NCBI GenBank assembly: GCA_964443495.1
Contig: CAYUCS010000001.1
Coordinates: 277,496-341,495 of the forward strand
Direction: 5' to 3'
Length of the DNA: 64,000 nt
From: an uncultured Gammaproteobacteria bacterium
Lineage (GTDB): Bacteria; Patescibacteriota; Patescibacteriia; Patescibacteriales; GWE2-39-37
In this document: piece by piece, positions 44,381 through 54,064 of the stretch
Layout of the letters: each line of letters opens with the position of its first letter
How positions within the stretch are numbered: the first letter of the stretch is position 1
Made by a program: the position numbers and the translations under genes
Notes under the pieces: model-generated
Told to the model about the DNA's origin: nothing
Seen by the model: the letters and a program-made list of their open reading frames with translations, nothing else
Databases searched by the model: none

Positions 44381-45067
44381 ATGCCCCAGAAAGAAGTTTG
44401 GGAAAAGGAATATCGGTCGCCTCAGCTCGTGACCAAGGGTGAAGAGCCGCAGAATGACGTCCTGCGGCTGTTGCGGCTGCTCAAGAAGAAATATAGCTTG
44501 GAGCTTTCAGGTTTGCGAATCCTTGATCTGGGCGCTGGCACGGGCCGCAATGGCAACTACCTGGCCGGTTTGGGCAATTCGGTGGTCGGCGTCGAAATCG
44601 CGCCGACGGCCGTCAGGATCGCTCGGGAGCGGGCGCGAGAGCTCGGCGTTATCGCCGAATATCACGAGCAGAGCATGGCTGAACGGCTGCCGCTCGATGA
44701 TCATTCCATCGATCTGGCGCTCGACATCACCTCGTCTAATTCGCTTTTGGCGCAAGAGCGTGAAGGCTATTTCGCCGAACTTGAACGGGCGCTCAAGCCA
44801 GGCGCCTTCCTGGTCTTGAAGACGTTGTGCAAGGAAGGGGACAAGAACGCCAAGGAGCTTCTAGCCAAGCAGCCCGGACCGGAGCCGGACACTTATGTCA
44901 TGGCCGAGCTCGGATTGACCGAACGCGTTTTCAGCCGCGAGGATTTGCTCGCGCTGTATGGCCGGCATTTCGAGCTTTTACACCTGGACAAGAAGAGCAG
45001 CTACACCCGTATGAATAATCGCAGCTATAAGCGCAACTTCTGGCTTGCCTTGTGGCGTAAGAAATAG
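44381..45067 (+). CDS. Class I SAM-dependent methyltransferase
   Basis: Motif I is RILDLGAGTGRNGNYLA, followed by VVGVEIAP. Confidence 0.75.
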   Translation: MPQKEVWEKEYRSPQLVTKGEEPQNDVLRLLRLLKKKYSLELSGLRILDLGAGTGRNGNYLAGLGNSVVGVEIAPTAVRIARERARELGVIAEYHEQSMAERLPLDDHSIDLALDITSSNSLLAQEREGYFAELERALKPGAFLVLKTLCKEGDKNAKELLAKQPGPEPDTYVMAELGLTERVFSREDLLALYGRHFELLHLDKKSSYTRMNNRSYKRNFWLALWRKK

Positions 45068-45070
45068 CAT

Positions 45071-45625
45071 ATGGTTCTTAAAAAAGGGCGGATAATCAAT
45101 TTCTTCCTGGTTTCTTTATTTCTGGCATTGATGCTGGCGACATGGCAGACGGCTCGTCCTGGCAACAGCTTCGTTCCGTCATCCTTCGGTGACTTCGGCG
45201 AAGCATTGGGCAGTTTCGGCCTTTGGTTATTGATACTGATTTATGCTCGCACCTTGCTGAAGTTATTGGTCGCCAACGGCATTTTCTGGCAGCGTCTGCA
45301 GCCGCTCAGCACGAGCCAGCTGCCGCTAAAGACTTACCTGGGCAGAATATTATTCTATCTGAACAAGAGCCATGGCTGGCTTGGCGGCTTGGCCGTAGCG
45401 TCAATTTTCGGCCATTGCTATCTGACTGGCACCTGGCGTGATAACTATGTCCTGCAGGTCGTGCTATTGCTGATGGCCTGGCAGGCTTTTTGGGGCGTGG
45501 TCCTGAAAATCAAGTACGTTCCAGCTGACTTGAAGCGGCAGAGCTACCTTTGGCATGCCCAGGTATATACCGGCATAGGCCTGCTTGTCTTTGCCGCTAT
45601 CGGGCACATGCTTATAAGCGATTAA
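45071..45625 (+). CDS. Hypothetical 4-5 TM membrane protein with conserved-looking intramembrane His residues
   Basis: Hydrophobic helices carry H in KSHGWLGG, IFGHCYL, LWHAQVY and AIGHMLI. No family could be assigned by eye. Confidence 0.45.
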   Translation: MVLKKGRIINFFLVSLFLALMLATWQTARPGNSFVPSSFGDFGEALGSFGLWLLILIYARTLLKLLVANGIFWQRLQPLSTSQLPLKTYLGRILFYLNKSHGWLGGLAVASIFGHCYLTGTWRDNYVLQVVLLLMAWQAFWGVVLKIKYVPADLKRQSYLWHAQVYTGIGLLVFAAIGHMLISD

Positions 45626-45651
45626 AAAACCGCCTCTCGGCGGTCTTTTTA
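45624..45651. terminator. Bidirectional terminator between convergent genes
   Basis: aaaaa-accgcc-tctc-ggcggt-cttttt. Confidence 0.75.
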
Positions 45652-46011
45652 TTTGACGATGATCTTGCCTTTCATCTGCGGATGGATACCGCAAGCGTAA
45701 TCGATGTTACCAGGTTCATTGAACTGCTGCTTATAGGTCGAGTTTGGCGCTACCGCGGGGGAGGAAACGCCAGAACCCGTGATTGAATGAGGTGCTGAGT
45801 CGCGGTTGGTCCAGATGACTGTGTCGCCAGCGTTGATCGTGATGATGGAGGGTTGGAAGCTGGAGTCGCTCATGTCGATAGTCCTGTTGGCCGGCTGCGT
45901 ATTGGGAGAAGCCGGTTTTCCGGGAAGCTGTTTCGTTGTGGATGTGCCGCACCCGGAGGTAAAAATAGCGATAATGATGAGGGGCAGGATGATTTTTTTC
46001 ATATTTTTCAT
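45649..46011 (-). CDS. Cupredoxin (plastocyanin/amicyanin-like blue-copper) lipoprotein
   Basis: Lipobox: IIAIFTSGC. Type-1 Cu ligand pattern: H (APHSI) ... C-x2-H-x2-M (YACGIHPQM). Confidence 0.8.
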   Translation of the reverse strand: MKNMKKIILPLIIIAIFTSGCGTSTTKQLPGKPASPNTQPANRTIDMSDSSFQPSIITINAGDTVIWTNRDSAPHSITGSGVSSPAVAPNSTYKQQFNEPGNIDYACGIHPQMKGKIIVK

Positions 46012-46180
46012 TTAGTCCCATTATTATAACACATACGCGGCACAGTGTCTCATTGATTCCTCGTGAAATAATGTGCTAGACTTAGGAAAGGGTTAAATGC
46101 CCGTATTTTTGTGGTTAAGGAGCATTCCCGTCCATGCCCTATCAGCTATCTTATTAACTAGATAAAGATATCAAAAAGAT

Positions 46181-46645
46181 ATGAAAAGCTTGCAAGAAGT
46201 ATTTAACCAGATCCAGGTCGTGAAAAAGCAGCAGAAAGACATCCGGTCTTCTTATCGCGATGCTTTGGCCAATTCGCAGGAATTCCAGCTGGCCAAGGAT
46301 CAGCTTGAGGCGATGAAATTGAAGAAGAAGCAGATTGAAGATGCCATCAAGCTGGAGTATGCTAGCGAGCTCAATAAGCTTGACGAGCTTAAGACCGAAT
46401 TGGAAGAGCAGACGACGATGCTTTCGGATATCGCCCTGACCAAGCTGATGAATGGCGAGCAGATCGAGGAGATCGTCGATACCAAGAACCAGTCCTACGA
46501 ACCGATCCTTTCGGTCAAGTTCAAGAAGAGCGACGTGGCGCGCCAGGAGGAGCCGGCCAAGGCGACAGCTGCCGACGAATTCGAGGACCGCGAGCCTCAG
46601 ATGGTGACGCCGAGCTTCTTGGAAATCAACCCCTCTCTCGATTAA
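46181..46645 (+). CDS. Hypothetical coiled-coil protein
   Basis: 154 aa, rich in K, E, Q and L with heptad-like periodicity. No motif was recognised. Confidence 0.5.
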   Translation: MKSLQEVFNQIQVVKKQQKDIRSSYRDALANSQEFQLAKDQLEAMKLKKKQIEDAIKLEYASELNKLDELKTELEEQTTMLSDIALTKLMNGEQIEEIVDTKNQSYEPILSVKFKKSDVARQEEPAKATAADEFEDREPQMVTPSFLEINPSLD

Positions 46646-47113
46646 ATGCTTTCCCCTGTAACCATCGTTGCGTTCGGCAAGGTCAAGGAGGTGCATTATT
46701 CTGCCGCCGTGGCTGAATATCTGAAGCGTCTCAAGCCTTATGCCAAAGTCGAGGTCGTCGAATTGAAAGCCGAGAGCTTCGCTGATGATAATCATGACAG
46801 GGTCAAAAGGATCGAGGCTGAACGCTTGCGGGAGTTTCTGTCAGGACGCAAGCAGGCGGAGGTGATTTTATTGGACGAAAGGGGCAGGGAATACGCCTCG
46901 ACCGAATTGTCTGAATTTTGGCAGAAAACTGACAAGGAAATGATATTGGCAATCGGCGGCAGCCTGGGGTTTGCCCCGGAAATTTTAGCCGAATATAAGC
47001 ACCATTTGGCCTTGTCACGCCTGACCTTGCCGCATGAATTGGTGCGGGTGGTGCTTGCAGAACAGCTCTATCGGGCGGCAACGATCGCGATAGGAAAAAC
47101 ATACCATTATTAA
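46646..47113 (+). CDS. rlmH: 23S rRNA (pseudouridine1915-N3)-methyltransferase RlmH (SPOUT)
   Basis: VILLDERGREYASTELSEFW...ILAIGGSLGFAPEI...LALSRLTLPHELVRVVLAEQLYRA. Confidence 0.88.
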   Translation: MLSPVTIVAFGKVKEVHYSAAVAEYLKRLKPYAKVEVVELKAESFADDNHDRVKRIEAERLREFLSGRKQAEVILLDERGREYASTELSEFWQKTDKEMILAIGGSLGFAPEILAEYKHHLALSRLTLPHELVRVVLAEQLYRAATIAIGKTYHY

Positions 47114-47128
47114 GCGGGCTTGGCCTAT

Positions 47129-47157
47129 TTGACAAAAATTAAAAATTGCGGTATAGT
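47129..47157 (+). promoter_or_regulatory. Consensus-like promoter upstream of typA
   Basis: TTGACA (47129-47134), 17-nt spacer, TATAGT (47152-47157). Confidence 0.65.
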
Positions 47158-47217
47158 TTTTTGGCTATAAATCATACTGACCGTCCGTAACGGCAGTTTT
47201 TTTGTTCGGAAATATAT

Positions 47218-49035
47218 ATGGAAAATCTCAATCTGCGCAATGTCGCGATAATCGCTCACGTTGACCACGGCAAGACCACGCTCGTGGACGCTTTGCTGCG
47301 CCAATCCAAGACCGAGCTCGGCAAGGAGGCATCCAATGCCGACCTGATCATGGACTCGAACGAGCTCGAGAAAGAGCGGGGTATCACGATCTTCTCGAAA
47401 AATGCCTCTGTAAATTGGCAGGGCACCAAGATCAATATCATCGATACTCCGGGCCACGCCGATTTCGGCGGCGAGGTCGAGCGCGTCTTGTCCATGGCCG
47501 ACGGCGTCTTGCTGCTGGTCGATGCCAAGGAGGGCCCGATGCCTCAGACCCGTTTCGTCTTGCGCAAAGCGCTTGAGATGAAGCATCGGGTCATCGTGGT
47601 CATCAACAAGATCGACAAGCCGGATGCCCGGCCTGATTTCGTCTTGAACGCGACTTTCGATCTTTTCATCGAATTAGGCGCCGACGATGACCTGGCCGAT
47701 TTTCCGGTCGTCTATGCTTCGGCCAAGCAGGGTCTGGCCGGCAATGAGCCGGACATCGCCAAGATGCAGGATATCAGTCCGATTTTCGAAGCCATCTTGA
47801 AGCACGTTCCGGCGCCGAAAGTCGATATCGAGGCGCCTCTGCAGATGCTTATCACAACCATCGGTGCGGATAACTACAAAGGCCGCATCGCCATCGGCCG
47901 CATTTATCGCGGCAAGATTTCTGCGGGCCAGGAAATCGTCCACATCAACCGCGAGGGGCAATCGAAGAAGTGCCGCTTGGTCTCTTTGATGTCTTTCGAG
48001 GGTCTGGGCAAGATTGAAGCGAAAGAAGCTCAAGCCGGCGACATCGTCGCCTTGGCCGGCATTACTGACGCTACTATCGGCGAAACGGTCGCTGACCCGC
48101 TGACCCCGGAGGCATTGCCTGTTCTGAAATTGGAAGAACCGACCGTCAAGATGTCGTTCATGATCAATGATTCGCCATTCGCCGGCAAGGAAGGCAAGTT
48201 CACTACCTCCCGCCAGATCAATGAGCGCTTGATGAAAGAGCTCGAGACTGATATGGCTTTGCGTATCGAGCCGGGCGAGGGCACGAGCTGGCTCGTGTCC
48301 GGTCGCGGCGAATTGCACTTGGCTATTCTGATAGAACGTCTGCGCCGCGAGGGTTACGAGATCCAAGTCGGCCGCCCGCAAGTCATCGTCAAAGAAGTCG
48401 ATGGCAAGCAATTGGTGCCGTTCGAGCGCGTCTTTATCGAAGTGCCTGAAGTTTCTTCAGGCGCGGTCATCCAGAAGCTGGGCAGTCGTAACGGGCAGCT
48501 GCAGGAGATGCGCCTGGAAAACGGCGTCACCTTCCTGGAGTTCGTCATTCCGACGCGCGGCCTCTTCGGTTATCGCAGCGAATTCATCGTCGACACCCGC
48601 GGTTTCGGCATTATGAACAGCTTGTTCGAGGAATTCGCCCAAGACCCGGGCAACTGGCGCGAGCGTGAGCAAGGCTCGCTGGTCGCTCACGAAAGCGGCG
48701 CCTCCAATCTTTATGGGCTGACCAATGTCCAGGATCGAGGGGTTCTCTTCATCGGTCCGGCCGTCCCGGTTTACAAGGGACAGGTCATCGGCCAGCATTC
48801 GCGCGGCGGCGACCTCAGGGTCAATGTCTGCAAGGCCAAAGAGCTTTCGAATATGCGCTCCAAGGGCGACGGCGTGGCCGAACATTTCAACGCCCCGAAA
48901 GAGATGGGGCTGGAAGATGCGCTTGAATATATCGGCGACGACGAGCTGGTCGAGGTCACACCTCTGAACATCCGCATCCGCAAGATAATTCTTGACGAGA
49001 ACGAGGCCAAGCGCTTGGCCAAGATGGGTAAATAA
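47218..49035 (+). CDS. typA: Translational GTPase TypA/BipA
   Basis: NVAIIAHVDHGKTTLVD...DTPGHADFGGEVER...NKIDK. 605 aa with an EF-G-like layout. Confidence 0.93.
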   Translation: MENLNLRNVAIIAHVDHGKTTLVDALLRQSKTELGKEASNADLIMDSNELEKERGITIFSKNASVNWQGTKINIIDTPGHADFGGEVERVLSMADGVLLLVDAKEGPMPQTRFVLRKALEMKHRVIVVINKIDKPDARPDFVLNATFDLFIELGADDDLADFPVVYASAKQGLAGNEPDIAKMQDISPIFEAILKHVPAPKVDIEAPLQMLITTIGADNYKGRIAIGRIYRGKISAGQEIVHINREGQSKKCRLVSLMSFEGLGKIEAKEAQAGDIVALAGITDATIGETVADPLTPEALPVLKLEEPTVKMSFMINDSPFAGKEGKFTTSRQINERLMKELETDMALRIEPGEGTSWLVSGRGELHLAILIERLRREGYEIQVGRPQVIVKEVDGKQLVPFERVFIEVPEVSSGAVIQKLGSRNGQLQEMRLENGVTFLEFVIPTRGLFGYRSEFIVDTRGFGIMNSLFEEFAQDPGNWREREQGSLVAHESGASNLYGLTNVQDRGVLFIGPAVPVYKGQVIGQHSRGGDLRVNVCKAKELSNMRSKGDGVAEHFNAPKEMGLEDALEYIGDDELVEVTPLNIRIRKIILDENEAKRLAKMGK

Positions 49036-49056
49036 TCCGCTTCACATATAGATAGG

Positions 49057-49086
49057 AAAAAAGGGCTCGCTTAGGCGAGCCCTTTT
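49057..49086. terminator. Bidirectional terminator overlapping the 3' end of the convergent minus-strand gene
   Basis: aaaagggctcgc-ttag-gcgagccctttt, a 12-bp perfect stem. Confidence 0.8.
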
Positions 49087-50177
49087 AGTTGGTTCATGAT
49101 GGCAGAGACCGGTTCGATCTTTTTGAGACGAACGGCGTTTGTTCCGACGGTGTAGAGGCCGCCGCGCGGATCGTCTTGGTAGCCGGCACTGTTCAAAAGC
49201 CCGTTGCAGATGCAGAAATAGCGATTGGCATCGATTTTGGCCGGGCATTGTGTGAAGCGGCCGTCCTTGTCGCGTTGCAGCACGTAACCCTTGTCGCAGA
49301 ACGGCAGGTGTTGGCGATGCAAAGCTTTTTGGAACATCGCTGAAGATGCAATCAGGCGGAAGGGCAGGCCGCAAGGCGAGCCTGGATCAACGGCGACAAC
49401 CAAGTCGTTTTCGGTAGCCGCAATGGCGGCCATCTTGTACTCGGTGGTGGCGCTTGATTCTTCGGCGACCAGGAAGCGGGTGCCCAGCTGCACGCCGGCT
49501 GCGCCCAAGTCCAGGAATTCCAGGATATCGGCACGGTCGTAGATGCCGCCGGCAGCGATGATGGGGAATCCGCCGAAGCGCGAGGCTGTTTCCAGTACTT
49601 GAGGCAGCAAAATTTCGAGGCGGTTGCTCTCAAGACTGACATCTTCGATTCTGAAACCGAGATGGCCGCCGGCCAGCGGGCCTTCGAGCACGGCCGCGTC
49701 AGGACGATAGCCGAGCTTGTCCCACTTCTTGCAGATCAGCTCCAAGGCGCGCGCGGAAGACACAATCGGCACCAAGGCGGTCCGTCCGGGATTCTTGATC
49801 GCTGGCAGGTTCAGCGGCAAGCCGGCGCCGCAGATGATGAGATCGGCTCCGACATCGATAGCGCCCCTGACGCTGGCTTCGTAGTCGCGCTGCAGAGCGA
49901 ACATGATGTTCACTCCGATCAGTCCGCCGGAGCTCAAGCGCCTGGCTAAGGCTACCTCTTCGATTATTGCTTGGTAGGAATCCAATTCGGTTCCGGTACG
50001 ACGTGAGACCAGGCGGTCGAGGCAAGCGCTGGAAATTATGCCGATACCGCCTTCATTAGCGACCGCAGCCGCCAGGGGAGCGAGAGAGACACCAACGCCC
50101 ATGCCGCCTTGGATAAGCGGGAAAGAGGCTTGGCAATTCTTGATGTTTAAAGCCGGAGCAGCGTTCTTTTCTGTCAT
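49071..50177 (-). CDS. Nitronate monooxygenase / FabK-like FMN-dependent oxidoreductase
   Basis: FPLIQGGMGVGVSLAPLAAAVANEGGIGIISSA...PIVSSARA...GPLAGGHLGF...IIAAGGI. RBS is AAGGAGGT. Confidence 0.8.
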   Translation of the reverse strand: MTEKNAAPALNIKNCQASFPLIQGGMGVGVSLAPLAAAVANEGGIGIISSACLDRLVSRRTGTELDSYQAIIEEVALARRLSSGGLIGVNIMFALQRDYEASVRGAIDVGADLIICGAGLPLNLPAIKNPGRTALVPIVSSARALELICKKWDKLGYRPDAAVLEGPLAGGHLGFRIEDVSLESNRLEILLPQVLETASRFGGFPIIAAGGIYDRADILEFLDLGAAGVQLGTRFLVAEESSATTEYKMAAIAATENDLVVAVDPGSPCGLPFRLIASSAMFQKALHRQHLPFCDKGYVLQRDKDGRFTQCPAKIDANRYFCICNGLLNSAGYQDDPRGGLYTVGTNAVRLKKIEPVSAIMNQLKGLA

Positions 50178-50423
50178 ACTTAACCTCCTTCGGTATTTTG
50201 ATAAAGATCCGTTTCCAGATAATAGTAGGACATTCTCCAGGGCATAGCAAGTCAGGCTGTGCGGGGTGAACTATCGGGACTGCTGCTGGGTTTAAAACAG
50301 GCGGTACGAGACCTTGCCATTCGGTATTTTGCGGTGTTTGTAAAAAATCGAAAAAGTGGTATCATATTACCTATAGCAAAGGAGGCTTTAAGTCTCTTTT
50401 TGCGTTTAAAAACACCAGGAAAC

Positions 50424-53400
50424 ATGTCTTTTGTCCATCTCCATAATCATACCCACTATAGCTTGCTCGATGGCCTGACTAAGCTCGACGAGCTGATCGA
50501 TTACGCCAAAGCTGACGGTGCTCCGGCGGTCGCCCTGACCGACCATGGCACCATGTACGGCGTAATCGAGTTCTACCAGAAGGCTAAAAAAGCCGGCATC
50601 AAGCCGATCATCGGCGTCGAGACTTACATGGCGCCGAACCTCCTCACCGACAAGCTGACTAAGGCCGACGCCGCCAATTATCACTTATTGTTGCTCGTCA
50701 AGGACGAGGTCGGATATAAGAATCTCATCAAATTAGTTTCAATCGCCCACCTCGAGGGCTACTATTACAAGCCGCGCATCGATTGGCCGACTTTGCAGAA
50801 GCATTCCGAGGGTCTCATCGCCTGCACGGCGTGCTTGGGCGGCGAGATTTCCCAGTTGATCATGCGCGGGCAGCTTGATCGCGCTCGCGAACGGATTACC
50901 GAATTCAACGATCTCTTCGGCCAGGGCAACTTCTACCTGGAAATACAGCATCACCCCAATCTGCCGGAACAGGCCGGGGTCAATGAACAGCTGATCGCCT
51001 TGAGCAAGGAAATGAATGTCCCGTTGGTGGCCACCAACGACCTGCATTATCTGCACAGGGAGGATTACGATGCTCAGGACGTGCTCTTGTGCCTGCAGAC
51101 CAAGCGCAAAAAGAACGACGTGGACCGCATGGCGATGCACGGCCAGGACTTTTATTACAAGACTGCGGCGGAAATGAGGGAGATTTTCAAAGACGTGCCG
51201 GAAGCGGTCGAGAATACCCTGAAGATCGCCGAGGCCTGCAATCTGGAAATAAAGCTCGGCGAAATAACTTTGCCGATTTTCCCGGTTCCCGAAGGAATGA
51301 CCGAATTCGGCTTGCTCAGGCAATGGTGCCACGAAGGCCTGGAAAAGCGTTATCAGAAGGATTATGACAATGTTGATGCCGAGGTGCGCGAACGCATGGA
51401 TTACGAGCTCTCAGTCATCGAGCGCATGGGCTGGCCGTCTTATTTCTTGATCGTGGCCGACTTCATCAATTGGGCCAAGGATAACGGCGTAGTCGTCGGA
51501 CCGGGCCGCGGCAGCGCCGCCGGCTCGCTCGTATGCTATCTGATCGGCATCACCAATCTCGACCCGTTGAAATACAATCTGCTATTCGAGCGTTTCCTGA
51601 ACCCTGAACGCATCTCGATGCCTGATATCGATACCGACTTCTCCGACATCCGCCGTGACGACGTCTTGAAATACGTGGAAAATAAATACGGCAAGGATCA
51701 TGTAGCGCAGATCATCACCTTCGGAACCATGGCCGCTCGCGCTGCCATCCGCGATGTCGGACGCGTCCTCGATTTCCCATATGATTTCTGCGACAAGCTG
51801 GCCAAGATGATCCCGCAGTTTTCGACGATCAAGAAGGCGCTAGACGAGGTTTCGGAATTCAATGACATGTACAAGAACGACCCCGGGGCCAAGCAAGTCA
51901 TCGATTATGCCTTGCGTCTCGAGGGCGTGGCGCGCCACGCTTCGACCCACGCTTGCGGCGTGCTCATCACCCGCGAGCCGCTGACCGAGTACGCGCCGGT
52001 CCAATACGCTTCGACCTCCGATCGCAATATCGTCTCCCAGTACTCTTTGCATCCGGTCGAAGATCTCGGCCTTTTGAAGATGGACTTCCTCGGACTGAAG
52101 AACCTGACCATCATCGAGTCGGCTATCAAGATCATCAAGAACACCCGCGGCATCGAGGTGGATATCGACAACATCCCGCTCGATGACGCGAAATCTTACA
52201 AACTGTTCCAAGACGGCGAGACCACCGGCGTCTTCCAGTTCGAATCTTCGGGCATGAAACGGTATTTGCGCGAGCTCAAGCCGACCGAGTTCGAGGATAT
52301 CATCGCTATGGTGGCCCTGTATCGTCCTGGTCCGATGGAATGGATTCCGGACTACATTTCCGGCAAGCATGGTACGAAGAAGCCGGAATATCTTCATCCG
52401 AAATTGGAGCCTATCCTGGGCGTGACTTACGGCGTGGCCATCTATCAGGAGCAGGTCATGCAGATGGCTCGCGACCTGGCCGGTTTCACCATGGGCGAAG
52501 CTGACGTCCTGCGCAAGGCCGTGGGCAAGAAGATCGTCAAGCTCTTGGCCGAGCAGAAGGAGAAGTTCGTCGACGGCTGCGTCAAGAACGGCATCAGTTC
52601 GGACTTGGCACAGCGCATCTTCGCCTTTATCGAACCGTTTGCCGGCTACGGTTTTAATCGCAGCCATGCGGCTTGCTACGCCTTGATCGGTTATCAGACG
52701 GCTTATCTTAAGGCCAATTGGCCGACCGAGTTCATGGCCGCTCTGCTGACGGCGGATCAGCAGGATACGGATCGGGTCGCGATTGAAATCGACGAATGCC
52801 GCCATATGGGCATCGAGGTCTTGCCGCCGGACATCAACCAGTCTTATGGCACCTTCACGGTGGTCACTTCGGGTACGGTCGAGAACCGGGTAGTCGCATC
52901 AGAAGAAAAGGTAAATACCATCCGCTTCGGATTGAATGCGATCAAGAATGTCGGCGAGAATATCGTGGAAGTGATTATCGCTGAACGCAAGGCCAATGGC
53001 CAGTACAAGGATTTGGTCGACTTGCTTGATCGGGTCACTGACAAGGATTTGAATAAGAAATCTTTGGAAAGCTTGACCAAGAGCGGAGCTCTGGATGCTT
53101 GGGCTGAGCGCGGCCGCCTCCTGGCCAATATGGACAACATCCTCAATTACAGCAAGGAAGTGAGCAAGAACAAGAATAGCGGCCAGGCCAGCCTGTTCGG
53201 CGACATGCCATCCCTGGCCGGCTCCAGGCCGGCGGTCCGCCTGGATAACCCGGGCACGGCTACCCAGCAGGAAAAGCTCGCTTGGGAAAAAGAGCTTCTC
53301 GGCCTCTATATCTCCGAACACCCGATGACCCAGTATAAGCCGTATATCGAGAAATTCGTCATGCCGCTGAACCGTTTGTCAGGCTGTTCGCGCGAGGCCA

Positions 53401-54014
53401 ACATCACGATTGCCGGTGTCATCACTTCGATCAAGAAGATCGTCACCCGCTCGAGCGAAGCGATGCTTTTCGTCAAGATCGAGGATCAGTCTTCGAGCGT
53501 CGAGGCCTTGGTGTTCCCGAGTCTGCTCAAGGAAACCGGCAGCGTCTGGCAAGATGGCAAGATCATCCTGTGCCAAGGAAAACTGTCAGACAAGGATCAA
53601 GACATCAAGCTCTTGGCCAACAAGGCCGCCCTGCTCGATTCCTCCAATATCGCTGCTTCGCTCAAGGCTTTCAATGAAGCCAAGGAAGTCGGCGGCCGCA
53701 ACGGCCGCAACTGGCCGAAAAAAGGCGAAGCCGCGTCCGGCACCCGAATAAACCAAGCTCCTCCGGCGCCGCCGGCCGACACTAGCCTCAAATTGATCTT
53801 CAAGCAGACCTGCGATCAGCATCTGCTTGCGGAGTTGCACAGCCTGTTAGCCGAAAGGCAGGGCGAAGACAAGGTCTATTTTAAGATCGTAGCCGAAAAC
53901 GGCGATTCCAAAATCATCGAATCCGATCTGCGCGTCAAGAATGATGCCGGCCTGGCCCAAACCATCCGTGAAACCTGCGGGGAAATGGTCACGGTTGTCG
54001 ACAAAAAAACCTAA
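50424..54014 (+). CDS. dnaE: DNA polymerase III alpha subunit
   Basis: I prefer the ATG at 50424 (MSFVHLHNHTHYSLLDG, the PHP domain start). ...PDIDTDF...GRVLDFPY...; ~1196 aa. Confidence 0.93.
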   Translation: MSFVHLHNHTHYSLLDGLTKLDELIDYAKADGAPAVALTDHGTMYGVIEFYQKAKKAGIKPIIGVETYMAPNLLTDKLTKADAANYHLLLLVKDEVGYKNLIKLVSIAHLEGYYYKPRIDWPTLQKHSEGLIACTACLGGEISQLIMRGQLDRARERITEFNDLFGQGNFYLEIQHHPNLPEQAGVNEQLIALSKEMNVPLVATNDLHYLHREDYDAQDVLLCLQTKRKKNDVDRMAMHGQDFYYKTAAEMREIFKDVPEAVENTLKIAEACNLEIKLGEITLPIFPVPEGMTEFGLLRQWCHEGLEKRYQKDYDNVDAEVRERMDYELSVIERMGWPSYFLIVADFINWAKDNGVVVGPGRGSAAGSLVCYLIGITNLDPLKYNLLFERFLNPERISMPDIDTDFSDIRRDDVLKYVENKYGKDHVAQIITFGTMAARAAIRDVGRVLDFPYDFCDKLAKMIPQFSTIKKALDEVSEFNDMYKNDPGAKQVIDYALRLEGVARHASTHACGVLITREPLTEYAPVQYASTSDRNIVSQYSLHPVEDLGLLKMDFLGLKNLTIIESAIKIIKNTRGIEVDIDNIPLDDAKSYKLFQDGETTGVFQFESSGMKRYLRELKPTEFEDIIAMVALYRPGPMEWIPDYISGKHGTKKPEYLHPKLEPILGVTYGVAIYQEQVMQMARDLAGFTMGEADVLRKAVGKKIVKLLAEQKEKFVDGCVKNGISSDLAQRIFAFIEPFAGYGFNRSHAACYALIGYQTAYLKANWPTEFMAALLTADQQDTDRVAIEIDECRHMGIEVLPPDINQSYGTFTVVTSGTVENRVVASEEKVNTIRFGLNAIKNVGENIVEVIIAERKANGQYKDLVDLLDRVTDKDLNKKSLESLTKSGALDAWAERGRLLANMDNILNYSKEVSKNKNSGQASLFGDMPSLAGSRPAVRLDNPGTATQQEKLAWEKELLGLYISEHPMTQYKPYIEKFVMPLNRLSGCSREANITIAGVITSIKKIVTRSSEAMLFVKIEDQSSSVEALVFPSLLKETGSVWQDGKIILCQGKLSDKDQDIKLLANKAALLDSSNIAASLKAFNEAKEVGGRNGRNWPKKGEAASGTRINQAPPAPPADTSLKLIFKQTCDQHLLAELHSLLAERQGEDKVYFKIVAENGDSKIIESDLRVKNDAGLAQTIRETCGEMVTVVDKKT

Positions 54015-54064
54015 AAATGGTATAGTGTGTATAACGATAAATAAGTTATTACTCATCTTGCCAT

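Noticed and set aside
50189-50332. 12-nt direct repeat TTCGGTATTTTG (50189-50200 and 50321-50332) in the fabK-like/dnaE divergent spacer
   Set aside because: There are only two short copies. The first overlaps the RBS region of the minus-strand gene. I see no further structure or palindromy, so it is plausibly chance or a weak regulator site that I cannot support.
51840-52805. 321-aa ORF on the minus strand
   Set aside because: It is antisense to the dnaE core. It is a shadow ORF.
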